A DNA stretch of 64,000 nt. Origin: Clostridia bacterium (GTDB lineage Bacteria; Bacillota; Clostridia; Oscillospirales; Acutalibacteraceae). Below the pieces are notes generated by a model. It was given only the letters and a program-made list of their open reading frames with translations. It was not told the origin of the DNA and made no database searches. The translations under genes were made by a program, and so were the position numbers. The stretch covers positions 2,811 through 66,810 of the forward strand of contig JAFSYM010000146.1 in assembly GCA_017450005.1 (NCBI GenBank), in the 5' to 3' direction. Positions 44,249-52,931 of the stretch are shown here, one piece after another (within the stretch, counting starts at the first letter, position 1; each line of letters starts with the position of its first letter).

Positions 44249-44755
44249 TTATTGCTCCTTTTTCTTCTGCCGCATCAGCAGCTTGTCCACGGGGAAGTAG
44301 ATGAAGAACTGAATACAGCTGCACACGGCGGTCGCAATCGTCGTGGCCAGACCGCTCGACACACCCTTGGACACGGCAAAGGCGAACACGACCGGATTGA
44401 ACCAGGCCGAGAAGCAGAGCAGGCCAATGGTAAACAGCAGATAAACTGTCAGGGTGACGGGGACGTTGTTGTCGGCGTTGAAGGTCTTTTTTCGGTTGAC
44501 GAAAAACGCCACAATCTGTGCAAGCAGGTTGGAATCGTTGAATGCGATGAACAGCGCCAAACCGCACTGCTTGCCCTCGACCACGGGGTAGTCGAAGACG
44601 AACCAATGAAACGCCTGTGTGCTCAGCGCCTTGATTGCCGGAATATTGTACAGAATCGCCAGAGAGACGACCTGCACGATGCAGGCGAGCAGGCTCACAA
44701 TCGTGAATTTGACAAGCTGCCAGAATGTTTTTTTACCGCCGGTTTGTTCAGCCAT
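44249..44755 (-). CDS. GtrA-family membrane protein
   Basis: 168 aa, 4 TM segments. FWQLVKFTIVSLLACIVQ N-terminal GtrA pattern. Confidence 0.7.
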   Translation of the reverse strand: MAEQTGGKKTFWQLVKFTIVSLLACIVQVVSLAILYNIPAIKALSTQAFHWFVFDYPVVEGKQCGLALFIAFNDSNLLAQIVAFFVNRKKTFNADNNVPVTLTVYLLFTIGLLCFSAWFNPVVFAFAVSKGVSSGLATTIATAVCSCIQFFIYFPVDKLLMRQKKKEQ

Positions 44756-44767
44756 ACGCTATCTCCT

Positions 44768-47275
44768 TTACTGTATGATGCCCTCAAGGAAATCGGTTTC
44801 GGTGACGAAGCCTTCACGCCCGATGCGGAATGTCTTGACTTCGTGCGCATGGAAGTCTGCCCAGAATCCGGCGTCGGCCAGATCGCACACAAATCCCACG
44901 CGGCCGACACTGCGGCCTGCGGTTTCATACGCGCGCAAGATGAAGTCGCCGCTGCCGTCCTCGCACTTTTTGAATGCGGTCACGCTGATATTCGGCTCGG
45001 TTACGGTCAGGAAACTCTGCATCTGCGGCAGCGCACCCTTGTGATAGCCTGCGGGCACAACGTTCGGCCTGCGGCAAAGCACAGCCGCCTCTTGCGGCGC
45101 GTCGGTGGTTTCCGCTTCCCCCGCATGCGGCAGGATGGCATACTCAAATAACTGCATGCCTTCGTCCGTGTAGCGGAAGTCTGCGGCGGGACGGTTGGAA
45201 TAATGATCGGCAAAAATCACGTTGCGCAGCAGCGTCGGCCGCAGCGTATTGCCGGGGCAGTCGCAGCTGTATTTGCTGTCGGTCAACACAGCAAGGCCGT
45301 GTCTGGCGCCGTCCGTTCCGGTGAGCGTCAGATCCGCCCAGCCGATCATCGGTTCTTCTTCACCGTTTGTCGGGCGTTTGATGAACGCGCCGGGGATCTC
45401 GTATGTGTTGATTGCGTCCGTACCGGTCAGCCCGAACGTACTCTTGAGCATGGTAAACGGCTCCTGCCAGATTGCCCTGCACTTGACGCGCAGCGCCTTG
45501 GCGCCGGACGAGAGGATGAAGTCCTGCGTCAGGTGCGACTCGCCGAAGCGGTGCCTGGTACGGATCACGGCGCGCGCGGGACCGTACTCGACCAGTTCGA
45601 GACTTTCAAGCGTCATCTCGCCCTTGACTGTTTCAAACTTAAAGACGTTGTGCGCCCATGTGTCGGTGGTGTGGTCGTCGATTACAGTCGGCACGGCAAG
45701 ACGTCCGCCTGCGGCGAGATCATAGCCGTCGGCCTTGGTGATCAGGCTGCATATCGTGCCGGTCGCCTCGTCAAATTCGGCGCGTATATGTTCGTTTTCC
45801 AGAAAATATTTTCCGGCGCGGACGTCGGTACCGTACTCTTTTTCGACGGCACGGAAGCAGTCCGCGGTCACGTCGGCGTCCTGCATCCAGCTCAGCCAGT
45901 ACACCGCGTAGCCGAGCGCAGGCACGTCGGCGATAAAGAGCGTGTCAAGGTGCGAATCGTTGGAGCGCGAGGAGCGCACGTTCTGGAATATCACGTCTTT
46001 GCCGGCGCAATCCTTTACCGCGGAGGACGGATAGTTGGTACGCACAGGGCAGCGAACCGCAAAGCCGTGCGGGTTGAAGACTACGACCGGGCGCGGGAAA
46101 TTGTCCTTGCGGCAGTGGTGGCGCAGAAGGGTGACCGGCTCATTGATACCGTCCAGCCATGTATTGATGCGCGAGATCAGCCGAAGCTGCGCCGCGTTCT
46201 CGATGCGGTCGGCGATGGTGATCGCGTGTCCGGCGCTGTTTTTTACGTCCTCATACGCCTCGACAATCGAGCATCCGCAGAGGATGTCGTGGAACTGGTT
46301 GAAACACACGTCACGCCATGCCTCGGCCAGCGCTTCGGTGGAAGGCTCCGTGCCGCATACGGCAGCGGAAACGGTATCCCACATTTCGGCGGCGGCCAGA
46401 CGGTTTTCCGCGCGTCGGTTGAGCTGCTTGACCAGTGAGGTCGCACTGTAGCAGCCGCTCGCGTGGTGCTGCAGCTCGCCCTGCCAGTGCGGCACGTCCA
46501 GATATCCGCCGCAGATTCTTTCAAAGTAGGCGTCGGGGGAGGAGAACACGAGCGCTTCGTCTTTCTTCTCCTCCATGCGATGCGCCAGAAAGGCGAGATC
46601 GCCGCGCGTCGGTCCGCCACCGTGGTTGCCCACGCCGCCGAACAGCATCAGGTCGTGCTGCTTTTCGGGCAGCATGGCGCCGATCTTGTCCAGCTCATAG
46701 GCGATGTTCTGCGTTCCTGTGTGGCCGTAGCCGTCGCTCAGACGATAAGTCAGCACGCGGGAACCGTCCACGCCGTCCCACCAGAACAGTTTTTCCGGGA
46801 TGTCCGGATTTTCGTGCATGCCGGGGCGCATCATGACATAGGTACGCATGCCGCTGTTGGTCAGCAGCTGCGGGAGATTGCCGCAGTGACCGAAGGAGTC
46901 GACGTTGTAGCCGGTCTTGCAGATGCGGCCGAATTTTTTGAAGTAATACAGCTGGCTGTACAGTGCGTGACGCGCGAAGCTCTCGCCCGAGGGCATGTTG
47001 CAGTCGGGCTGCACCCACCAGCCGCCGACGGGAACCCAGCGTCCCTTTTTGACCATATCGCGGATCTCGGAGAACAGCTCCGGATCAATCTGCTCCACCC
47101 AATCATAGTAGGCGGCGGAGGAGCAGGTGAAGATGAAATCGTCAAATTCCTTGAGCCGGTCGATAGCGGAGCGGAAGGTTTGCAGCACCTCGCCGCAGCC
47201 CTCCTGCCAGCGCCAGAGCCAGATGGGATCCAGGTGCGCGTTGCCGACGAAATGAATCTGATATTGGTTTTGCAT
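44768..47275 (-). CDS. GH38 alpha-mannosidase
   Basis: HFVGNAHLDPIWLWRWQEG and FGGVGNHGGGPT motifs; 835 aa. Confidence 0.85.
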   Translation of the reverse strand: MQNQYQIHFVGNAHLDPIWLWRWQEGCGEVLQTFRSAIDRLKEFDDFIFTCSSAAYYDWVEQIDPELFSEIRDMVKKGRWVPVGGWWVQPDCNMPSGESFARHALYSQLYYFKKFGRICKTGYNVDSFGHCGNLPQLLTNSGMRTYVMMRPGMHENPDIPEKLFWWDGVDGSRVLTYRLSDGYGHTGTQNIAYELDKIGAMLPEKQHDLMLFGGVGNHGGGPTRGDLAFLAHRMEEKKDEALVFSSPDAYFERICGGYLDVPHWQGELQHHASGCYSATSLVKQLNRRAENRLAAAEMWDTVSAAVCGTEPSTEALAEAWRDVCFNQFHDILCGCSIVEAYEDVKNSAGHAITIADRIENAAQLRLISRINTWLDGINEPVTLLRHHCRKDNFPRPVVVFNPHGFAVRCPVRTNYPSSAVKDCAGKDVIFQNVRSSRSNDSHLDTLFIADVPALGYAVYWLSWMQDADVTADCFRAVEKEYGTDVRAGKYFLENEHIRAEFDEATGTICSLITKADGYDLAAGGRLAVPTVIDDHTTDTWAHNVFKFETVKGEMTLESLELVEYGPARAVIRTRHRFGESHLTQDFILSSGAKALRVKCRAIWQEPFTMLKSTFGLTGTDAINTYEIPGAFIKRPTNGEEEPMIGWADLTLTGTDGARHGLAVLTDSKYSCDCPGNTLRPTLLRNVIFADHYSNRPAADFRYTDEGMQLFEYAILPHAGEAETTDAPQEAAVLCRRPNVVPAGYHKGALPQMQSFLTVTEPNISVTAFKKCEDGSGDFILRAYETAGRSVGRVGFVCDLADAGFWADFHAHEVKTFRIGREGFVTETDFLEGIIQ

Positions 47276-47289
47276 CCCGTATCTCCTCC

Positions 47290-49134
47290 TTATTCAAAGA
47301 ATCCGTAGTATCTGCCCATCCAGTAGGCATAGGTGTAGATATAGCAGCTCTCCACGCAGATCGTGCCGCCGGAGTCGACGTCCTTGTAATCAAAGGGGTT
47401 CCGATCGTACTTGGAGATAAAACGCTCATCATTCGGCAGCAGCCAGGAAATCTCCTTGTTGCCGCCCAAATGCATACGCACAGGCGTGTCGTGTCGCTTC
47501 ATCGTGGAAACGCCCGCAGCCAGACGCGAGATGTTCATGCGGTACAGCCACTCGGCCATCCGATCCATGTCGATTTCGTCGCCCGTGGCGATCGCGTACG
47601 GAAGGTCGTAGCCGGGGTCGTACTCCCGCTCAAGGGAGTTGCGCCACGAACGGAATCCGGTCTTATATTTTTCAAGCAGTGCGGGATCGTTTTCGAGCGT
47701 GCAGAGCATCCAGAAGGAAACGACCGCCAGCATGTGGTCGCCGTACATGATATCCTCGACCGGATGAATGCCGTCGTTGAGCGCCATCTGCTGCATGCGG
47801 TCAAAGTGCTTGGTTGCCAGATCCGCATAGCCTCGCGAGAGCAGATAGTCGTAGCTTTCCTGCCACTCGCCGCGCTCACCTGTGATATACATGACGATCT
47901 TGTGGTACGACAGCACTTCGGCAGCGTTCAGACAGGCGTCCACATAACCCATCTCGGTGGCAAAGTAGCGCTCGCTCCATTTCGCCCATGTGGTCGGCTC
48001 ACCGGTGGCGTCGCACAGCTCGTAGCCGTGGCTGATGATGTGGCGCATAAGCGCTTTTGCGCTGTCCTTGATGATCTCGTCCAGCTCCGGATCGTCCGGA
48101 CCGAGAATTTCGTGCGCAATGCGCATCTGCAAAAAGTGCAGCGTGATCTCGTCCGAACTGGTGTCCGCCTTGTAGAAGATACCCTCGCGGGTATGACCGG
48201 TGTCCGTGATGCAGCGCATGAGCCGCTCCGGAATCGGTGCGGATGCGTCAATCTCCATGCCGGACCAGCAGATGTCATGCCCGCCGGATGTGTCGGATCT
48301 GAGATCATCGCCGTACATCTTCAGGAAAGAACCGCGCTCGCGTGTAGCCGGCGTATCCAGACAGACGGCCTTGTCGCCGTGCAGGCGGAAGTACACACCG
48401 TTTTCGGGAACCGGCTCTTCGGCACACATATAGGTGCGCGCCACAAACCCGTCTCCGCGTCCGTGAATATGCATCAGCAGCAGACAAGCTTCACATGCGC
48501 GCGTCGCAACACGGCGCGCCTCGACGGTATCCGGATGATTGGCGCCCTTTTCACGGTGCATCACGGCGTAGCGGAACATTTCACCCACCGCAAACGCGGC
48601 CGTGAATCCGCCGTCGTTATCGGAGTGGCCGTAGGGGAAGCGGCTCGACAGATCGCGCGGAACAGCGAGATATTTTTGACTGTACATGCCCCATCGGTCG
48701 ACAATCGTCTGCGATTCGTGCAGCAGAATCATCGCTTTCTCTTCCGCGCCGACCGGACGCATCTCGATGTGCGTCACACCCGTTTCCGTCCGGACCCAAA
48801 GACTGTCGCCGTCCGGCAGGAGCGCGAGCACGCAGTTGTCCTGCAAATCGCGTTCAGCGGCAAAGAACTGGATAATCTGGTCTTTGCGTGCGGCAGCAGG
48901 TTCATAGCGTGTCAGACCGCTTGTCGCGCCGTACCACGTCACGTCGCCGATCTGCACAAAGCAGGTATAGTCCTGCTTGCGCGAGGGCAGGGGAAGCGGG
49001 AAACCGGTTAGATCCGGCGCGGTCGAATGCACCGTGTACAGCGCAGCCGGAACGGCGGGATCGCCGTCGGCGTACTGCGTGCAGAAACGCGCGGGCTGCG
49101 GCGTCAATTTATAGGGTAAACGCATCAGAACAAT
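47290..49134 (-). CDS. uncharacterised 614-aa protein co-oriented with the GH38 gene (possible glycan-active enzyme)
   Basis: Start chosen at MRLPYKL with RBS AAAGGAGAG; the track ORF extends to 49338. No family motif recognised. Confidence 0.55.
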   Translation of the reverse strand: MVLMRLPYKLTPQPARFCTQYADGDPAVPAALYTVHSTAPDLTGFPLPLPSRKQDYTCFVQIGDVTWYGATSGLTRYEPAAARKDQIIQFFAAERDLQDNCVLALLPDGDSLWVRTETGVTHIEMRPVGAEEKAMILLHESQTIVDRWGMYSQKYLAVPRDLSSRFPYGHSDNDGGFTAAFAVGEMFRYAVMHREKGANHPDTVEARRVATRACEACLLLMHIHGRGDGFVARTYMCAEEPVPENGVYFRLHGDKAVCLDTPATRERGSFLKMYGDDLRSDTSGGHDICWSGMEIDASAPIPERLMRCITDTGHTREGIFYKADTSSDEITLHFLQMRIAHEILGPDDPELDEIIKDSAKALMRHIISHGYELCDATGEPTTWAKWSERYFATEMGYVDACLNAAEVLSYHKIVMYITGERGEWQESYDYLLSRGYADLATKHFDRMQQMALNDGIHPVEDIMYGDHMLAVVSFWMLCTLENDPALLEKYKTGFRSWRNSLEREYDPGYDLPYAIATGDEIDMDRMAEWLYRMNISRLAAGVSTMKRHDTPVRMHLGGNKEISWLLPNDERFISKYDRNPFDYKDVDSGGTICVESCYIYTYAYWMGRYYGFFE

Positions 49135-49260
49135 CACTCTCCTTTTCACCATGCGGTTTATAGCCATCATACCAGAAACACAGGCGTCTTTCAAGTGGTA
49201 TTTGTATGTTTTATACAATTTTACTTGCAAAAATTCTATATATAGTGGGTCACAGATTGT

Positions 49261-49289
49261 TTGCAATTGCAAACTGTTTATGCTATAAT
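49261..49289 (+). promoter_or_regulatory. sigma-A promoter TTGCAA-17-TGcTATAAT
   Basis: Hexamers at 49261-49266 and 49284-49289 with an extended -10, 35 nt upstream of the C1 peptidase start. Confidence 0.5.
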
Positions 49290-49323
49290 GTAATAGGTAA
49301 AGTGAAACAAGGAGGAATGCTTC

Positions 49324-52300
49324 ATGAAATCCCGACATTTCCGTGCCTTTTTCAGCATATTACTGACGCTGCTGCTTATCACCAACTGCGCAGCATCGGC
49401 CTTCGCTTCGTATGAACCGCTGCCGCAGATTCTGCATTTGGTCAGCGGCGAGACGGACGCGGACGGTGCGGTCTATGCGGACTATCTTGTAGACGAGCAG
49501 GGCAACCGTGTCGAGGAGACGGTTGAGCCGCGCGTGCGTGCGGCGGATTCGCTGCCGAGTAGTTACGACCTGCGCGATTACGGTGTAGTTACGGGCATCA
49601 GGAATCAGGCAGGCGCAGGAAGCTGCTGGGCGTTTGCATCAATCGCATCTCTGGAGTCGAGCTACATCCGTCAGGGCTTCGGTAGCGTATCGAATACCGA
49701 TTATTCCGAGGCGCATCTGGTCTGGTTTTCGCAGCGGCAGCGTACAACAAACGCGGCGGACCCGACATACGGCGACGGCAAGAATTGTGCTCTGCCGTTT
49801 ACAACGGGCGGGAACTGGAACGGCGTCGCCTCGCAGCTTATGCGCGGCAGCGGTCTGGAGCTTGAGTCAAATGCGCCATGGATTGCGACATACGATGAAG
49901 ATGAAATGATGCAGATGGAGCAGCAGGAATCTTCCCGATACGATTGCTATGCGCGCATGTGGAGCGTGGTCAGCATCCGCGACAACTCCGCAACCGCGCT
50001 CAAGCAGAAGATCATGCAGAACGGTGCGGCCATGTTCTCCTATTATGACGATTACAGCACCACACGCACCGGCTACAATGCGTCCAAAACCGCCTACTAT
50101 CAGACAGCCAAGGTCGGCGTGACAAACCACGCCGTGGCCGTGGTCGGCTGGGACGACAACTACTCACGCACCAATTTCAACGTAAGTCCCCGCCCGAGTG
50201 CAAACGGCGCATGGCTGGTCAAGGGAAGCTGGAGCAGCGCATGGGGCAACGGCGGATACTACTGGATCTCTTATGAAGATCCGTCGATCGGTTCGTTTGT
50301 GTCCTATGTAGCAGCCAAAAAAGATGTTTATGATAAGATTTACCAGTACGACGGCTCCTATCCGCGCACCTATTTCACACTGTCCAACAGCGCCAGGATG
50401 GCCAATGTTTTTACAGCCGAATCGGAGGAGATGCTCACGCACGTTGCGTTCTATACGCCAAACGCGACGCCCGTCAAGGCGACAGTCGACGTCTACACGG
50501 CCGGTACAAGCTATACCGGCCCGAGTACAAAAAGTCCGATCATCGGTATGGACAAGGTGACAAGCGCCACCACCACGCTCTCGTCCGTCGAATACGGCTA
50601 CACCACCGTCGAGCTCAAAAACCCGGTACATCTGCAAATGTGGCAGCCGTTTACGGTGGTCGTCACGTTCGAGGGCAGCAGCGTGATGATCCCTGTGGAG
50701 GGCGAAACCGTCGCCAATCCCGCCGACGGCCAGACGACCTATGACGGCGGCATGGGCGAGAGCTACTTCGGCTACAGCAACTACTGGTTCGATACAAACA
50801 GCTATGCGGACGGCAAGGATTACAACAACGTTCCGGTCAAGGCGATGACGCGGGAAATCGTGCCGGCCGAACCGACGCTTTCGGTGCAGACCATGCCGAA
50901 CCGGACGGTTTACCGTTACGGGGAGTCGCTCGATTTTACCGGCCTGAAGCTGCTCTACACCGACGAATACGGTGCGGAGTCGACCGTCACGAGCGGCTAT
51001 ACCTGCGACGCGCAGACAGCGCAGACGCTCGGTACGCAGACTGTGACGGTGCAGTACGGCGGCGCGAGCGCAACGTTCAATGTGACGGTGCAGCCGTGGG
51101 ATCGCTCACTGACAATCTCATCTTTGCCGAGCAAGCTCTCCTATTATTACGGCGAAACGCTTGACCTGACCGGGCTGTCGCTTCTGTACAGCGACGAGTA
51201 CGGCACGCAGACCACGCTGACAGATTCGTTTGTCTGCGATACGCAGCAGATTCGCACGATCGGCTCACAGCCGGTCACGGTCTCCTACGGCGATCTGTAC
51301 GTGACGTTCAGCGTGACCGGCATGCCCAGAGAACGCACGCTGACGATCGAATCGCTGCCGGATAAGCTCTCTTACCGCTACGGCGAAACGCTGGATCTGA
51401 CCGGACTGTCACTTGCGTACAGCGACGAATACGGCGTTGTGACGTCGATGAGCGGCGGATTTGCCTGCGATGTGACGACGCTGCAGACGCTCGGCACACA
51501 GTCCGTGACGCTGACGTACGACGGTTTGTCCGTGACGTTTGATGTGTCCGTGCAGCCGTGGGAGCGCACGCTGACGATCGCCTCGCCCCCGGACACAAAC
51601 GAATTCCTTTACGGTGAGCCGATCGACCTTGCCGGACTGACGCTGCTGTACACAGACGAATACGGCGTCGGAACGACTCTGACGGACGGCTTTGACTGCG
51701 ACGCGCAGATCATACAGACCATCGGCGCGCAGACCGTAACGCTATCCTACGCCGGCTTGTCCGTGTCACTTGAGGTGACCGGCCTCGCGTGGGAGCGCAC
51801 GCTGACGGTCGAAAATCTGCCGACGAAGGTGGATTATCTGTACGGCGAGCCGCTTGACCTGAGCGGTCTTGTGCTGCGTTACCGGGACGAATACGGACAG
51901 GAAACCACGCTGACGCAGGGCTTTGTCTATGAAACGCAGACGGTCAGCACGCTGGGCGTGCAGTCGGTAACCGTCTGGTACGGCGATCTGTCCGTGACGT
52001 TCAACGTGACCGGTCTGCCGCGCGAACGCACGCTTTCCGTATACACGCCGCCGGAGAAGACGGACTACTTCATCGGCGAGGGCTTTTCGGCAACGGGGTT
52101 GTCGCTGCAGTATACGGATGAATACGGCGACGCGCTGATCGTGACGGAAGGCTTCTCCTTTACGTCCGAACCGTTCACACAGACCGGCCTGCATACTGTG
52201 GAGGTTTACTACGGCGACATGAGCGTGTCGGTCGAGATCAACGTGCACAGGAAGGGATTGATGCTGGTCGGCGAGGGCACGGCGCATCCCGGGCAGACGG

Positions 52301-52860
52301 TTCGCATCCCGGTACAGATTGCAGAAAACCCCGGTATTGTTGCGATGATGCTGCATCTGACGTACGATCCCGATGTGCTGGAGCTGCAGGATGTTGAAAA
52401 CGGCGAGATCTTCGATGACGCGTCCTTCACCCCCGGCGGATCAACGGGCGATATGCCGTATACGGCGCTCTGGGTGAGCGCGAATGCCCATGAGTCGAAT
52501 GCGCAAAGCGGCGTGCTGATCACGTATGTCTTCCGCGTGCGCACGGACGCGCCGATCGGCAGTACAGAGATTTCTGTCAGTTACGATCCGGAATCCACGT
52601 TTGACGTGAATCTGAAAAACGCGGCCTTCGACGCGCGCGCCGGTGTGACGACGGTGGAGCGCGTGCCCGGCGACGTCAACGCCGACGGGGCGATTACGCT
52701 GCTGGACACTGTCATGCTGCGCCGGTTCCTGGCCGGATGGGCGGTGACGATCAATAAGGGCAATGCCGATGTGGACGCGGACGATGCACCGACGCTCAAG
52801 GATTGTGTGCGTATCACGCGCTATCTTGCGGGCGGATATGACAATGTAGAATTACTGTAA
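49324..52860 (+). CDS. secreted papain-family (C1) cysteine peptidase with beta-sandwich domain, six Big_3-like Ig repeats, cohesin-like domain and type-I-like dockerin
   Basis: Signal peptide. QAGAGSCWAFAS (Cys codon 49624-49626), NHAVAVVGWDD and GSWSSAWGNGGYYWISY. Six Y[TSR]DEYG-containing ~76-aa repeats (50869-52248). Cohesin-like 52249-52655. Dockerin GDVNADGAITLLD...DVDADDAPTLKD (52666-52857). Confidence 0.85.
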   Translation: MKSRHFRAFFSILLTLLLITNCAASAFASYEPLPQILHLVSGETDADGAVYADYLVDEQGNRVEETVEPRVRAADSLPSSYDLRDYGVVTGIRNQAGAGSCWAFASIASLESSYIRQGFGSVSNTDYSEAHLVWFSQRQRTTNAADPTYGDGKNCALPFTTGGNWNGVASQLMRGSGLELESNAPWIATYDEDEMMQMEQQESSRYDCYARMWSVVSIRDNSATALKQKIMQNGAAMFSYYDDYSTTRTGYNASKTAYYQTAKVGVTNHAVAVVGWDDNYSRTNFNVSPRPSANGAWLVKGSWSSAWGNGGYYWISYEDPSIGSFVSYVAAKKDVYDKIYQYDGSYPRTYFTLSNSARMANVFTAESEEMLTHVAFYTPNATPVKATVDVYTAGTSYTGPSTKSPIIGMDKVTSATTTLSSVEYGYTTVELKNPVHLQMWQPFTVVVTFEGSSVMIPVEGETVANPADGQTTYDGGMGESYFGYSNYWFDTNSYADGKDYNNVPVKAMTREIVPAEPTLSVQTMPNRTVYRYGESLDFTGLKLLYTDEYGAESTVTSGYTCDAQTAQTLGTQTVTVQYGGASATFNVTVQPWDRSLTISSLPSKLSYYYGETLDLTGLSLLYSDEYGTQTTLTDSFVCDTQQIRTIGSQPVTVSYGDLYVTFSVTGMPRERTLTIESLPDKLSYRYGETLDLTGLSLAYSDEYGVVTSMSGGFACDVTTLQTLGTQSVTLTYDGLSVTFDVSVQPWERTLTIASPPDTNEFLYGEPIDLAGLTLLYTDEYGVGTTLTDGFDCDAQIIQTIGAQTVTLSYAGLSVSLEVTGLAWERTLTVENLPTKVDYLYGEPLDLSGLVLRYRDEYGQETTLTQGFVYETQTVSTLGVQSVTVWYGDLSVTFNVTGLPRERTLSVYTPPEKTDYFIGEGFSATGLSLQYTDEYGDALIVTEGFSFTSEPFTQTGLHTVEVYYGDMSVSVEINVHRKGLMLVGEGTAHPGQTVRIPVQIAENPGIVAMMLHLTYDPDVLELQDVENGEIFDDASFTPGGSTGDMPYTALWVSANAHESNAQSGVLITYVFRVRTDAPIGSTEISVSYDPESTFDVNLKNAAFDARAGVTTVERVPGDVNADGAITLLDTVMLRRFLAGWAVTINKGNADVDADDAPTLKDCVRITRYLAGGYDNVELL

Positions 52861-52931
52861 AACCGAAACGATAAATAGGGGCTATCGCCGTTCATCAAAC
52901 TGCGGCAGCCCCCGCTGCTTTGGAGAGAACT

